From assembly GCA_003141235.1 (NCBI GenBank), contig PLLL01000014.1, positions 1-55,705 of the forward strand: DNA of 55,705 nucleotides, written 5' to 3'. Positions 19,425-27,159 of the stretch are shown one piece after another (position 1 is the first letter of the stretch; every line of letters starts with the position of its first letter). The DNA comes from Dehalococcoidia bacterium. GTDB taxonomy: Bacteria > Chloroflexota > Dehalococcoidia > Dehalococcoidales > RBG-16-60-22. A program made the position numbers and the translations under genes. Under the pieces are notes generated by a model. That model had not been told where the DNA came from, searched no databases, and saw only the letters and a program-made list of their open reading frames with translations.

Positions 19425-20236
19425 TGCCATCTGCATTTAAATTGGTACCATGCCGAAAGCTGTCCGAGGGACATTTCTCCCGGGCTGAAGCCAGCGTAAT
19501 TATCGAAAGAGAGCTGCCGGTTTATGTCAATGGACAGCATTTGTTTACTGCATCCATAGCCCCGGGTATGGAAAAGGAATTCGTGGCGGGCTACCTGTTC
19601 GGCCAGGGTTTCATTAATGGCGTGCAAGAGATACATTCTTTAGAAATAGAAAATGACGGAGTGAATGTTGTACTCAGAGAAAAGACACTACCCCGAACAA
19701 TAAAGGCATCTTTCCGCATCGTCTCGGGCGGCGGTAAAACAGCCTATTTCAAAGAATCCAGCCTCCCCAAAATACATAGCAGTCTTAAATTGAATAAAAA
19801 AGACGTTTTCCGGGCCATGAACACGCTTTTTGAAAAAGCTTCCCTCTACCGCGAAACGGAAGGCGTCCATGCCGCCGGTCTATTTACAGCGCACGGACTC
19901 CCCCTCTGTATCGTGGAAGATATCGGACGGCATAATACCCTGGACAAGGCTATCGGCTACGCCCTGCTGAACAAGATTGACGGCAGTAATGTCTTCCTGG
20001 TTTCGACGGGCCGGATGGCCTCGGAGATGGTCACTAAAATCTGCCGCGCCGGTATCCCTTTGGTTGCCACGAAGACCGCTGTGACCGATAAAGGACTGGA
20101 AATCGGGATAAAGTGCGGCCTGACTATCATCGGCTTTGTTCGCGATGCGGGGAATAAGATTAATACCGATATGGAAGTAAGGACTTTCGATAAATCTGTG
20201 ATGAGAATTTACAGCGGAGCGGAAAGGGTGGCCTGA
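19424..20236 (+). CDS. FdhD/NarQ-family protein, paralogue 2
   Basis: It has the signature EDIGRHNTLDKAIG and is 270 aa. Its ATG overlaps the TAA of paralogue 1 (TAATG). The loop equivalent reads SGGGKTAYF, without Cys. Confidence 0.8.
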   Translation: MPSAFKLVPCRKLSEGHFSRAEASVIIERELPVYVNGQHLFTASIAPGMEKEFVAGYLFGQGFINGVQEIHSLEIENDGVNVVLREKTLPRTIKASFRIVSGGGKTAYFKESSLPKIHSSLKLNKKDVFRAMNTLFEKASLYRETEGVHAAGLFTAHGLPLCIVEDIGRHNTLDKAIGYALLNKIDGSNVFLVSTGRMASEMVTKICRAGIPLVATKTAVTDKGLEIGIKCGLTIIGFVRDAGNKINTDMEVRTFDKSVMRIYSGAERVA

Positions 20237-20246
20237 TACCTTCTAC

Positions 20247-20273
20247 GTTATTGCGAGCGTAGCGAAGCGATCC
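20247..20273 (-). repeat. Inverted partial copy of the dispersed repeat (3' box)
   Basis: GTTATTGCGAGCGTAGCGAAGCGATCC is the reverse complement of a ...CGCTACGCTCGCAATAAC-type 3' end, as seen at 20345-20367. Confidence 0.7.
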
Positions 20274-20294
20274 TTTGACCAGACTTAAACCAAT

Positions 20295-20367
20295 GATAGA
20301 GATTGCCACGCTTGCGCGCCCGTAACGCTACAGCGTGCAGGCACGTCGCTACGCTCCTCGCAATGAC
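20295..20367 (+). repeat. Dispersed repeat family copy B
   Basis: GATAGAGATTGCCACG (20295-20310) ... CTCGCAATGAC (20357-20367), with a longer GC-rich internal segment. It lies 51 nt upstream of the nadA ATG. Confidence 0.8.
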
Positions 20368-20418
20368 GATATGTTTAGGGTACAATACAAATACGAACTG
20401 GAATAACCGGAGAACAGC

Positions 20419-21336
20419 ATGACCGCCAACAGTGATAAAACAATAGAAGAGCAAATCCTGGCACTGAAAAAATCCAGGAATGCCGTTATCCTCGCCCATA
20501 ATTACCAGCGCGGCGAGGTGCAAGACATTGCCGACTTTGTAGGTGATTCGCTGGAGCTGAGTCAGAAAGCGGCGCAGACACAAGCCGATGTAATTGTCTT
20601 CTGCGGTGTGCACTTTATGGCGGAGACCGCCTCGATTCTCAATCCTCAAAAAACTGTATTATTGCCGGACGCGCACGCCGGCTGCCCCATGGCCGATATG
20701 ATTACCGCAGACCAGCTCCGCCGGAAAAAGGCGGAAATGCCCGGCGTGACTGTAGTCACTTATATCAACTCTACCGCCGCAGTCAAGGCGGAATCAGACT
20801 ACTGCTGCACTTCCGCCAACGGCGTCAGGGTCGTCCAGAGCATTAAAGGCAACAATATCTTATTTGTCCCCGATCAGTACCTGGGCGACTTTATATCTAA
20901 AAAGACAGGTAAAAAAATGACGTTGTGGCCCGGCTATTGCCCCACCCACATGCGCATTTTACCGGAGGACATCATCCGGCAAAAGAAAGAGCACCCAAAC
21001 GCCAGTGTCGTCGTGCATCCGGAATGCCGCCCCGATATTATTGCCCTGGCGGACGAAGCCTTAAGCACCAGCGGTATGGTACGCTATGCCGCCCGCCCGG
21101 ATGTCCAAGAACTTATCGTAGGCACCGAGGTTGAGCTTCTGCACCGTCTCTATAAAGAGAACCCGGATAAGAAGTTCTACCCGGCTTCCGATAAAGCCGT
21201 CTGCCCGAATATGAAGCTGATTACGCTCGAAAAAGTTTTAAAATCCCTGGAAACACTAACGCCAGAGGTTAAAGTACCGGAAGAAATTCGTATCAAGGCT
21301 AAAGCGTGCGTCGACCGCATGCTGGCGATAGGATAA
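20419..21336 (+). CDS. nadA: Quinolinate synthase NadA
   Basis: A 305-aa protein with NadA motifs (VILAHNYQ, VHFMAETA, CPNMK). Confidence 0.9.
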   Translation: MTANSDKTIEEQILALKKSRNAVILAHNYQRGEVQDIADFVGDSLELSQKAAQTQADVIVFCGVHFMAETASILNPQKTVLLPDAHAGCPMADMITADQLRRKKAEMPGVTVVTYINSTAAVKAESDYCCTSANGVRVVQSIKGNNILFVPDQYLGDFISKKTGKKMTLWPGYCPTHMRILPEDIIRQKKEHPNASVVVHPECRPDIIALADEALSTSGMVRYAARPDVQELIVGTEVELLHRLYKENPDKKFYPASDKAVCPNMKLITLEKVLKSLETLTPEVKVPEEIRIKAKACVDRMLAIG

Positions 21337-21338
21337 GT

Positions 21339-21662
21339 ATGGAACAGCATAGTTACATCGTTATTTTTATCACGACCAGGGACGCTGAAGAAGCGGAGAA
21401 GATAAGTAAATCGCTGGTCAAACGGCGTCTAGCGGCCTGCGTCAACACCGTTCCGGAAGTCAGCTCGCGTTTCTGGTGGAAAGACAAATTGGAGACTTCA
21501 AAAGAATGTATGCTCATCGTGAAAACGCGGGACACGCTACTGCCGGATATCATTAAAGCGGTCAAGAAGATTCACAGTTATTCCATCCCGGAGATAATCG
21601 CCCTGCCTATCATCGGCGGAGACCAGGACTATTTTGACTGGATTGACAGCGAGTTGATTTAA
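21339..21662 (+). CDS. cutA: Divalent-cation tolerance protein CutA
   Basis: It shows a CutA1 fold sequence (IVIFITT...LAACVN...SRFWWKDK...ECMLIVKT...HSYSIPEIIALPI). The start is ATG 21339; the track start at 21306 overlaps the nadA end. Confidence 0.85.
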   Translation: MEQHSYIVIFITTRDAEEAEKISKSLVKRRLAACVNTVPEVSSRFWWKDKLETSKECMLIVKTRDTLLPDIIKAVKKIHSYSIPEIIALPIIGGDQDYFDWIDSELI

Positions 21663-21673
21663 GGGAGCATAAA

Positions 21674-22417
21674 ATGCTTTCCAAAAAGGAACTTAAAAGA
21701 TACGACCGCCAGATAATGATACCCGGTTTCGGGGCGGCGGGGCAGGAGAAGCTCAAGAAGGCAAAAGTCTTTATTGCCGGGGTTGGCGGGCTCGGCTCGC
21801 CGGTAGCCCTATACCTGGCTGCCGCGGGCATCGGCACGCTCAGGATTGCCGACCATGATACCATTGAACTCAGTAATTTAAACCGGCAGGTCCTGTACCG
21901 GGAGAAAGACATCGGCGAAGAAAAGGCGGCTTCGGCGGCGGCCAAGCTGAAAAAGTTGAATCCCCAAATCAAGATTGAGACTATCAGCGAAACGATATCC
22001 GAAGCTAATGTCGCCAAACTCGTCGGCGATTCCGATATGATTGTCGATGCCATGGACAACCTGCCGACGCGCTACCTGCTCAACAGAACGGCCATACAAA
22101 AGAACATCCCGTTTTTCCACGGCGCGGTTTACGGCTTCGAGGGGCGGGCCATGACCGTTATCCCGGGCAAGAGCGCCTGCCTCAACTGCCTCTATCACGG
22201 CGTTATCGTCCCGGAGGAAAAGACCCCGGTCATCGGCGTGACGCCGGCGGTTATCGGCTGTATCCAGGCGACGGAGGTCATTAAATATATCCTGGGGATG
22301 GGCGAGCTATTGACCGGCAGGCTATTAAATTACGATGGACTGAGGATGAAATTCACCGAGTTCAGTATTAAAAAAGACCCCGGCTGCGCAATATGCGGTA
22401 AAGCGCCGGGCAGGTAA
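21674..22417 (+). CDS. ThiF/MoeB/HesA-family E1-like adenylyltransferase
   Basis: It has the nucleotide-binding loop GVGGLGSPVALYLAAAGIG, the N-terminus YDRQI, and zinc cysteines CLNC...CAIC. Confidence 0.85.
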   Translation: MLSKKELKRYDRQIMIPGFGAAGQEKLKKAKVFIAGVGGLGSPVALYLAAAGIGTLRIADHDTIELSNLNRQVLYREKDIGEEKAASAAAKLKKLNPQIKIETISETISEANVAKLVGDSDMIVDAMDNLPTRYLLNRTAIQKNIPFFHGAVYGFEGRAMTVIPGKSACLNCLYHGVIVPEEKTPVIGVTPAVIGCIQATEVIKYILGMGELLTGRLLNYDGLRMKFTEFSIKKDPGCAICGKAPGR

Positions 22418-22423
22418 GGGAAC

Positions 22424-22696
22424 ATGAGTGTTGCGATAGAATTCTCTTCGATTTTCGCGAAATATACCAATAATCAGATGGATATTAAAGCCGAAGGTAA
22501 AACCGTGGGAGAATGCCTGCATGACCTGGCCCGGCAATACCCTGAGTTCGGCGAGATAATCCTCGATAAAAACAGGGATTTGCTACCGTCGTTCGATATT
22601 TTCGTCAACGGGGAAGACACGTATCCTCACACCATGACCTACCAGGTTAAAGACGGTGATAAAATCAATATCGTACTGATTGTCCACGGCGGATAA
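22424..22696 (+). CDS. MoaD/ThiS-family ubiquitin-like sulfur carrier (C-terminal GG)
   Basis: A 90-aa protein ending ...IVHGG, located immediately downstream of the E1-like gene. Confidence 0.75.
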   Translation: MSVAIEFSSIFAKYTNNQMDIKAEGKTVGECLHDLARQYPEFGEIILDKNRDLLPSFDIFVNGEDTYPHTMTYQVKDGDKINIVLIVHGG

Positions 22697-22704
22697 ACGT
22701 CAAG

Positions 22705-22851
22705 CTAAACCTTGTCCCAATCCATTTCCAGTTTACACTCCGGACAGTCCTTTTTTACCGGCACCTGCGCTCTGCAATGAGGGCAAATGAATTTATCGCC
22801 CAGTTTGATGGGATGCTCATGCACCATTTTACCTTTTTTAGCCTTGTCCAT
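22705..22851 (-). CDS. Small zinc-ribbon protein (48 aa), not in the ORF track
   Basis: Hand translation gives MDKAKKGKMVHEHPIKLGDKFICPHCRAQVPVKKDCPECKLEMDWDKV. AGGAGG lies upstream of the ATG. It is a paralogue of the adjacent 52-aa ORF. Confidence 0.6.
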   Translation of the reverse strand: MDKAKKGKMVHEHPIKLGDKFICPHCRAQVPVKKDCPECKLEMDWDKV

Positions 22852-22896
22852 TTTCGACCTCCTGGTAATGCTCAATAACTATATTACATATAATGA

Positions 22897-23055
22897 TTAT
22901 CTAAGCTTAGATTCCGTTAAAAAACGGTCCCAGTCAATATGCTTTTTACATGCGGGACAGTCCTGGTGCATGGGCACTTCGGCCTGGCATTCTTCGCAGA
23001 CGTACTTGTCCTCGATTTTTTTAATACCGTAGCTCTTTCTCTTTTTATTAAACAT
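22897..23055 (-). CDS. Small zinc-ribbon protein (52 aa), not in the ORF track
   Basis: Hand translation gives MFNKKRKSYGIKKIEDKYVCEECQAEVPMHQDCPACKKHIDWDRFLTESKLR. GGAAGG lies 6 nt before the ATG. It shares the CxxC-x9-CPxC-x4-DWD pattern with the 48-aa ORF. Confidence 0.6.
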   Translation of the reverse strand: MFNKKRKSYGIKKIEDKYVCEECQAEVPMHQDCPACKKHIDWDRFLTESKLR

Positions 23056-23168
23056 ATTTTACCTTCCAGTCTTGTACATAATGATAAGTGTCTTTTGATT
23101 CTTATTTTAGCAGACGGGAGGTAACAAAAGTCAAACGGGGGTTTAAAAAATGTGACATTTTTATTAAA

Positions 23169-24329
23169 TTACCGGCGGGTTGATAGCCACCGGCGCTTTT
23201 GCTCCACCCTGGTTTCTTCATCGGTGGTCTCGTAGCCGGATAGATAATCTTCGCGGAAGGTGATAAAGGTGTCATTTAGAATAGATTCCCTTATCTTCCG
23301 CATCAGGTTATTGAGAAAGCGCAGGTTATGGACAGTGGCCAACCGCAGGGACAGAAGCTCACCGCTACGGAAAAGGTGGCTCAGATAAGCGGCGGAAAAG
23401 GTGCGGCAGGTATAGCAATCGCAATCGGGGTCGAGGGGGGCGTCCATCGTTTTATAGACCGCGTTGCGGATATTGATACGCCCCTGCGCGGTATATAATG
23501 CGCCGTTGCGGGCGACGCGCGTCGGCAGGGCGCAATCGAAAATATCAATGCCCCGCGCCACCCCCTGAATAATATCTTCCGGCGAGCCCACACCCATAAG
23601 ATAGCGGGGTTTATCCTTGGGTAATAAAACGACCGTTTCGCCGAGCATGGCCAGCATAATTTCTTTAGGCTCGCCGACGCTCAACCCGCCGATAGCGTAG
23701 CCGGGGAAATCCAACTGCGTCAGGCACTCCGCCGATTTCCGCCTGAGCTCCGGGAACATTCCCCCCTGGACGATGGCGTAAAGCGCCTGGTCTTTCCTGG
23801 TGTGAGCTTTGAGGCACCTTTCCGCCCAGCAGTGCGTCCGCTCCATTGCCTGCTGTACTTTCTCTTTACTATCACCGTAAGCGGTGCATTCATCCAGAAC
23901 CATAGCGACGTCCGAGCCGAGCTTTTCCTGATATCCCACTGCCAGTTCCGGGGTGATGAAATGCTCGCTGCCGTCGATATGAGAGCGGAAGGTAACGCCT
24001 TCGTCGCTGATTTTGCGCAACGGCGCCAGGCTGAACACCTGGTAGCCGCCGCTGTCAGTGAGGATAGCGCCGTCCCAGGCCATGAAGCGGTGCAGGCCGC
24101 CCATTTTTTCAATAACATCGATGCCCGGCCTGAGATATAGGTGATAGGTATTGGCCAGTATCATATTATAGCCCAGCCCTTTAATATCATCGGGGGTAAG
24201 GGTTTTGACGGTGGCCTGGCTGCCTACCGGCATGAACGCGGGCGTGGGCACGGTGCCGTGGGCGGTTAAAAGCTCGCCGGCGCGGGCGCTGCCGGAGGTC
24301 TTTAATAAGTTAAAATGATTTGCGGGCAT
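23169..24329 (-). CDS. tgt: Queuine/preQ1 tRNA-ribosyltransferase (tRNA-guanine transglycosylase)
   Basis: It has the motif LTDSGGYQVFSL and the zinc site CDCYTCRTFSAAYLSHL. The start is set at ATG 24329 after AGAGGA. Confidence 0.9.
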   Translation of the reverse strand: MPANHFNLLKTSGSARAGELLTAHGTVPTPAFMPVGSQATVKTLTPDDIKGLGYNMILANTYHLYLRPGIDVIEKMGGLHRFMAWDGAILTDSGGYQVFSLAPLRKISDEGVTFRSHIDGSEHFITPELAVGYQEKLGSDVAMVLDECTAYGDSKEKVQQAMERTHCWAERCLKAHTRKDQALYAIVQGGMFPELRRKSAECLTQLDFPGYAIGGLSVGEPKEIMLAMLGETVVLLPKDKPRYLMGVGSPEDIIQGVARGIDIFDCALPTRVARNGALYTAQGRINIRNAVYKTMDAPLDPDCDCYTCRTFSAAYLSHLFRSGELLSLRLATVHNLRFLNNLMRKIRESILNDTFITFREDYLSGYETTDEETRVEQKRRWLSTRR

Positions 24330-24400
24330 GAACAATTCCTCTTTAACGGGAAACAACCCAAGGCTAATTCAATATTTCTTTATTGGTTGGTATTACTTTG

Positions 24401-24494
24401 CCTCACCCTACCCTCTCCAAACGGGTCAATAACCAGACCTAAGATTCATTTGTTTGGAGAGGGTGAATAAGTGAGAGGGGCTAGCGCCCCTCTC
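24401..24494. repeat. Cluster of GC-rich palindromic elements (CCCTCTCC-type)
   Basis: CCCTCTCCAAAC (24411-24422) pairs with GTTTGGAGAGGG (24452-24463). A second hairpin is GAGAGGGGC-TAGC-GCCCCTCTC (24473-24494). Confidence 0.7.
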
Positions 24495-24533
24495 GCTACC
24501 GCACTCCTTGTTGTATTATTGGCCTTTTCTGTT

Positions 24534-25076
24534 TCAATGAAGTCTTAAACTAAAATCCTTTACTACCTGTTGCAATACTGTAGGATATGGACAATTTATG
24601 TATATAGCGTCAGTAGTTGTTTTTTTGTTCATCACATTTTTACCATTTTGTTGTAATAATCTGATGACTAGTTTTTCAATCTGTAAAGTTTTTCTTCTTG
24701 CTATATTATGCTCGTTACGTGATATATGCGTTATAAATGGTTCAAGATGATACGCGAACATTGTTACTTTACTATTTATTAGAAATTCTTCTACTTGTTG
24801 TTTAACTTTTTCGGTAAAAGCTATTTTCCTTCCCTCTATTTCAGGACACTTGAGTAGATTGTGAGCTATATACTGATATACCTGATTTTGTGTACTTTTT
24901 CTGTCTTCAAGATGCGCAGCTAATCTCCTAAAAACTGGCCTCGCTGTAATTTCTTTTGTATCGCCGGTTTGTCCAACATAATAATATTTTATTTTCTCGT
25001 GAGTTAACTGGATAATATAAAGTAAATATTGCCTTCTAAAGTGTTCTCCTGTTAACTCAACAATTAGGGTAGCCAA
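24534..25076 (-). CDS. Hypothetical protein, GIY-YIG-nuclease-like N-terminal motif, AT-rich orphan
   Basis: The TTG start lies 7 nt after AAGGAG. The sequence YLLYIIQL...KYYYVGQTGD...RRLAAHL resembles a GIY-(x10)-YIG...R...H core. Composition is clearly more AT-rich than the flanking genes. Confidence 0.5.
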   Translation of the reverse strand: MATLIVELTGEHFRRQYLLYIIQLTHEKIKYYYVGQTGDTKEITARPVFRRLAAHLEDRKSTQNQVYQYIAHNLLKCPEIEGRKIAFTEKVKQQVEEFLINSKVTMFAYHLEPFITHISRNEHNIARRKTLQIEKLVIRLLQQNGKNVMNKKTTTDAIYINCPYPTVLQQVVKDFSLRLH

Positions 25077-25150
25077 AACAACATCTCCTTAATATTCTCC
25101 AATTATGATTTAATCTCTTGATACACTACCATAGTAATATTATTCTAGAT

Positions 25151-25176
25151 TTCACCCTCACCCACCCTCTCCCCTC
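25151..25176. repeat. CACCCT/CCCTCTCC element, in direct orientation with 24401-24418
   Basis: TTCACCCTCACCCACCCTCTCCCCTC here compares with CCTCACCCTACCCTCTCC on the other side of the AT-rich ORF. Confidence 0.55.
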
Positions 25177-25251
25177 AAGCGACAGGAATATTTACCTACT
25201 TCCCATTCCCATCTTTACAAAAGAGGGCCGATATCATTTCTTGTATTTTTA

Positions 25252-26376
25252 TTACCCTATCAGTTTGTTGGCGACAATGCTGCGATGCACCTCAGAGATG
25301 CCGACGTAAATCTCGGTCATCTTGGCATCGCGGTAGAGCCTTTCCAGAGGCAGCGATTTTATCGTGCCGTAGGAGCCATGCACCTGCATGGCCATGCGCG
25401 TTACTTCTACAGCGACCTCAGAGGCAAATACCTTGGCCATGGAAGATTCGTACTGGATGCTCTTACCCTGGTCACGTATAAAAGCGACGCGGTAGACCAG
25501 CCAGCGGGCAGCTTCGATTTTCGCGGCCATTTCCGCTAACATCTGCTGGATTACCTGCATCCTGGAGATGGGTTTACCCTGCACTTTTCTCTCCCGTGCA
25601 TAAGTCAGCGCCAGATCCAGCGCCGCTTGCGCCACCGCCACCCCCTGCATCGCTACACTCATCCGCTCCACGCTGATGGCCTCCAGTAAAATCTCGAAGC
25701 CCTGCCCCGGGTTGCCGATAAGATTTTCGGCAGGTACATAAACATCATCCAGATTGACTATTGACGTCCCCAGTCCTCGCATACCCATCGTCTCCAGGAC
25801 TTCCTGTACGGCAAATCCAGGCGTTTTTGACTCGACGATGAAGGCATTCAACCCCTCCCCTTCATTTTTGGCAAAGAGCAGCACCACGTTTAACACCGGC
25901 GCAAGGGACATGAACATTTTTTGGCCGTTAATAATAAAGCCCTTCCCGCTGCGGCGGGCGGTAGTTGTAATCGCTTTAGGGTCAGAGCCGGTTTCGGTCT
26001 CGGTAAAGCCGATGCCCCCCAGCCATTTTCCCTGGGCCAGCGGCGTCAGCAGGCGCTTTTTCTGCTCTTCGCTGCCGAATCGAAAAATTCCTTCTTCAGG
26101 GACGGTGTTCACCGCCATGATAGCGCCCACGCTCACCGAAGCCTGACAAATCTGCTCCAGCGCCAGCACGAAGCTGACATAGCCGGCACCGCTCCCGCCG
26201 TAGGCTACCGGATATGGCAACCCCTGGAAACCGCGTTTGCCTATCTCTTTAGCGAGGTCGGCAGGAAACTGGTTGGTGCGGTCGATTTCCGCCGCCCGCG
26301 GCAAGACCTCTTTAGCGGCGAAGTCCTGCGCCATCTTTTGCAGCATTTTTTCCGGTTCGCTCAGATTAAAGTCCAT
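25252..26376 (-). CDS. Acyl-CoA dehydrogenase
   Basis: A 374-aa protein with full-length ACAD architecture (N-terminal helical, middle beta, C-terminal helical domains) and the C-terminal ...YRDAKMTEIYVGISEVHRSIVA. Confidence 0.9.
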   Translation of the reverse strand: MDFNLSEPEKMLQKMAQDFAAKEVLPRAAEIDRTNQFPADLAKEIGKRGFQGLPYPVAYGGSGAGYVSFVLALEQICQASVSVGAIMAVNTVPEEGIFRFGSEEQKKRLLTPLAQGKWLGGIGFTETETGSDPKAITTTARRSGKGFIINGQKMFMSLAPVLNVVLLFAKNEGEGLNAFIVESKTPGFAVQEVLETMGMRGLGTSIVNLDDVYVPAENLIGNPGQGFEILLEAISVERMSVAMQGVAVAQAALDLALTYARERKVQGKPISRMQVIQQMLAEMAAKIEAARWLVYRVAFIRDQGKSIQYESSMAKVFASEVAVEVTRMAMQVHGSYGTIKSLPLERLYRDAKMTEIYVGISEVHRSIVANKLIG

Positions 26377-26485
26377 ATAACCTCACAGATATAGTTCAAT
26401 TATACACAATAAAGTAAATAGAGGCCATTCCCCTACCAATGCGAGGCCCCGGAGTGAAGTAATCCCATACCAGTGTTTAAACGAT

Positions 26486-26537
26486 GATAGAGATTGCTTC
26501 GCCTCCCCGATTTTATCGGGGATGGTCTCGCAATGAC
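26486..26537 (+). repeat. Dispersed repeat family copy C
   Basis: GATAGAGATTGCTTCG...CCCCGAT-TTT-ATCGGGG...CTCGCAATGAC, ending 48 nt upstream of the NUDIX ATG. It creates a spurious N-terminal extension in track ORF 26484. Confidence 0.8.
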
Positions 26538-26585
26538 AACTACGTGATTTGTATTTACCTCCCATGGCATATTAAGATAGGGGCG

Positions 26586-27152
26586 ATGATAACAAAGCTT
26601 ACGAAATTGCTGGCCGCCAGGCAGAAGCAATACATCCATGACCCGGCGCGTAGACCCTCCGCCGTTCTAGTCCCCATTTATCAGGAACAGGGAGAGTACC
26701 ACATCGTCTTTATCAAGCGCACAGATACCGTAAAGACACACAAGGGACAGATATCCTACCCCGGCGGGGGCCGGGAAAAAGGCGATAAAACGCTGCGGGA
26801 CACGGCCATCCGCGAAGCCTGCGAGGAAATAGGGCTGCGTCCTGAGGACATCGAAATCCTGGGTGAGATTGATGACGAGATAACAACAACCTCAAACTAC
26901 GTCGTGACGCCGTTCGTCGGGATGATACCCTGGCCGTATAAGTTCACCATCGAAAAGGCCGAGGTAGCCGAGATAATCACCGTGCCCCTATCAGCTTTAC
27001 TTGACAGGACAAACCTGAAGATGGATATTGAGACTCTTGACGGGGGCATCATAGTAGACTCATATAACTACCACTACAAGGGAAAAGTAATCTGGGGAGC
27101 TACCGCAAGGATATTGCACAAGCTACTGGATATTATTGCAACAATAAATTAA
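26586..27152 (+). CDS. NUDIX hydrolase (CoA pyrophosphatase-like)
   Basis: It has the Nudix box GGGREKGDKTLRDTAIREACEEIGL. The start is set at ATG 26586, downstream of the repeat. Confidence 0.8.
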   Translation: MITKLTKLLAARQKQYIHDPARRPSAVLVPIYQEQGEYHIVFIKRTDTVKTHKGQISYPGGGREKGDKTLRDTAIREACEEIGLRPEDIEILGEIDDEITTTSNYVVTPFVGMIPWPYKFTIEKAEVAEIITVPLSALLDRTNLKMDIETLDGGIIVDSYNYHYKGKVIWGATARILHKLLDIIATIN

Positions 27153-27159
27153 GTCGTCT

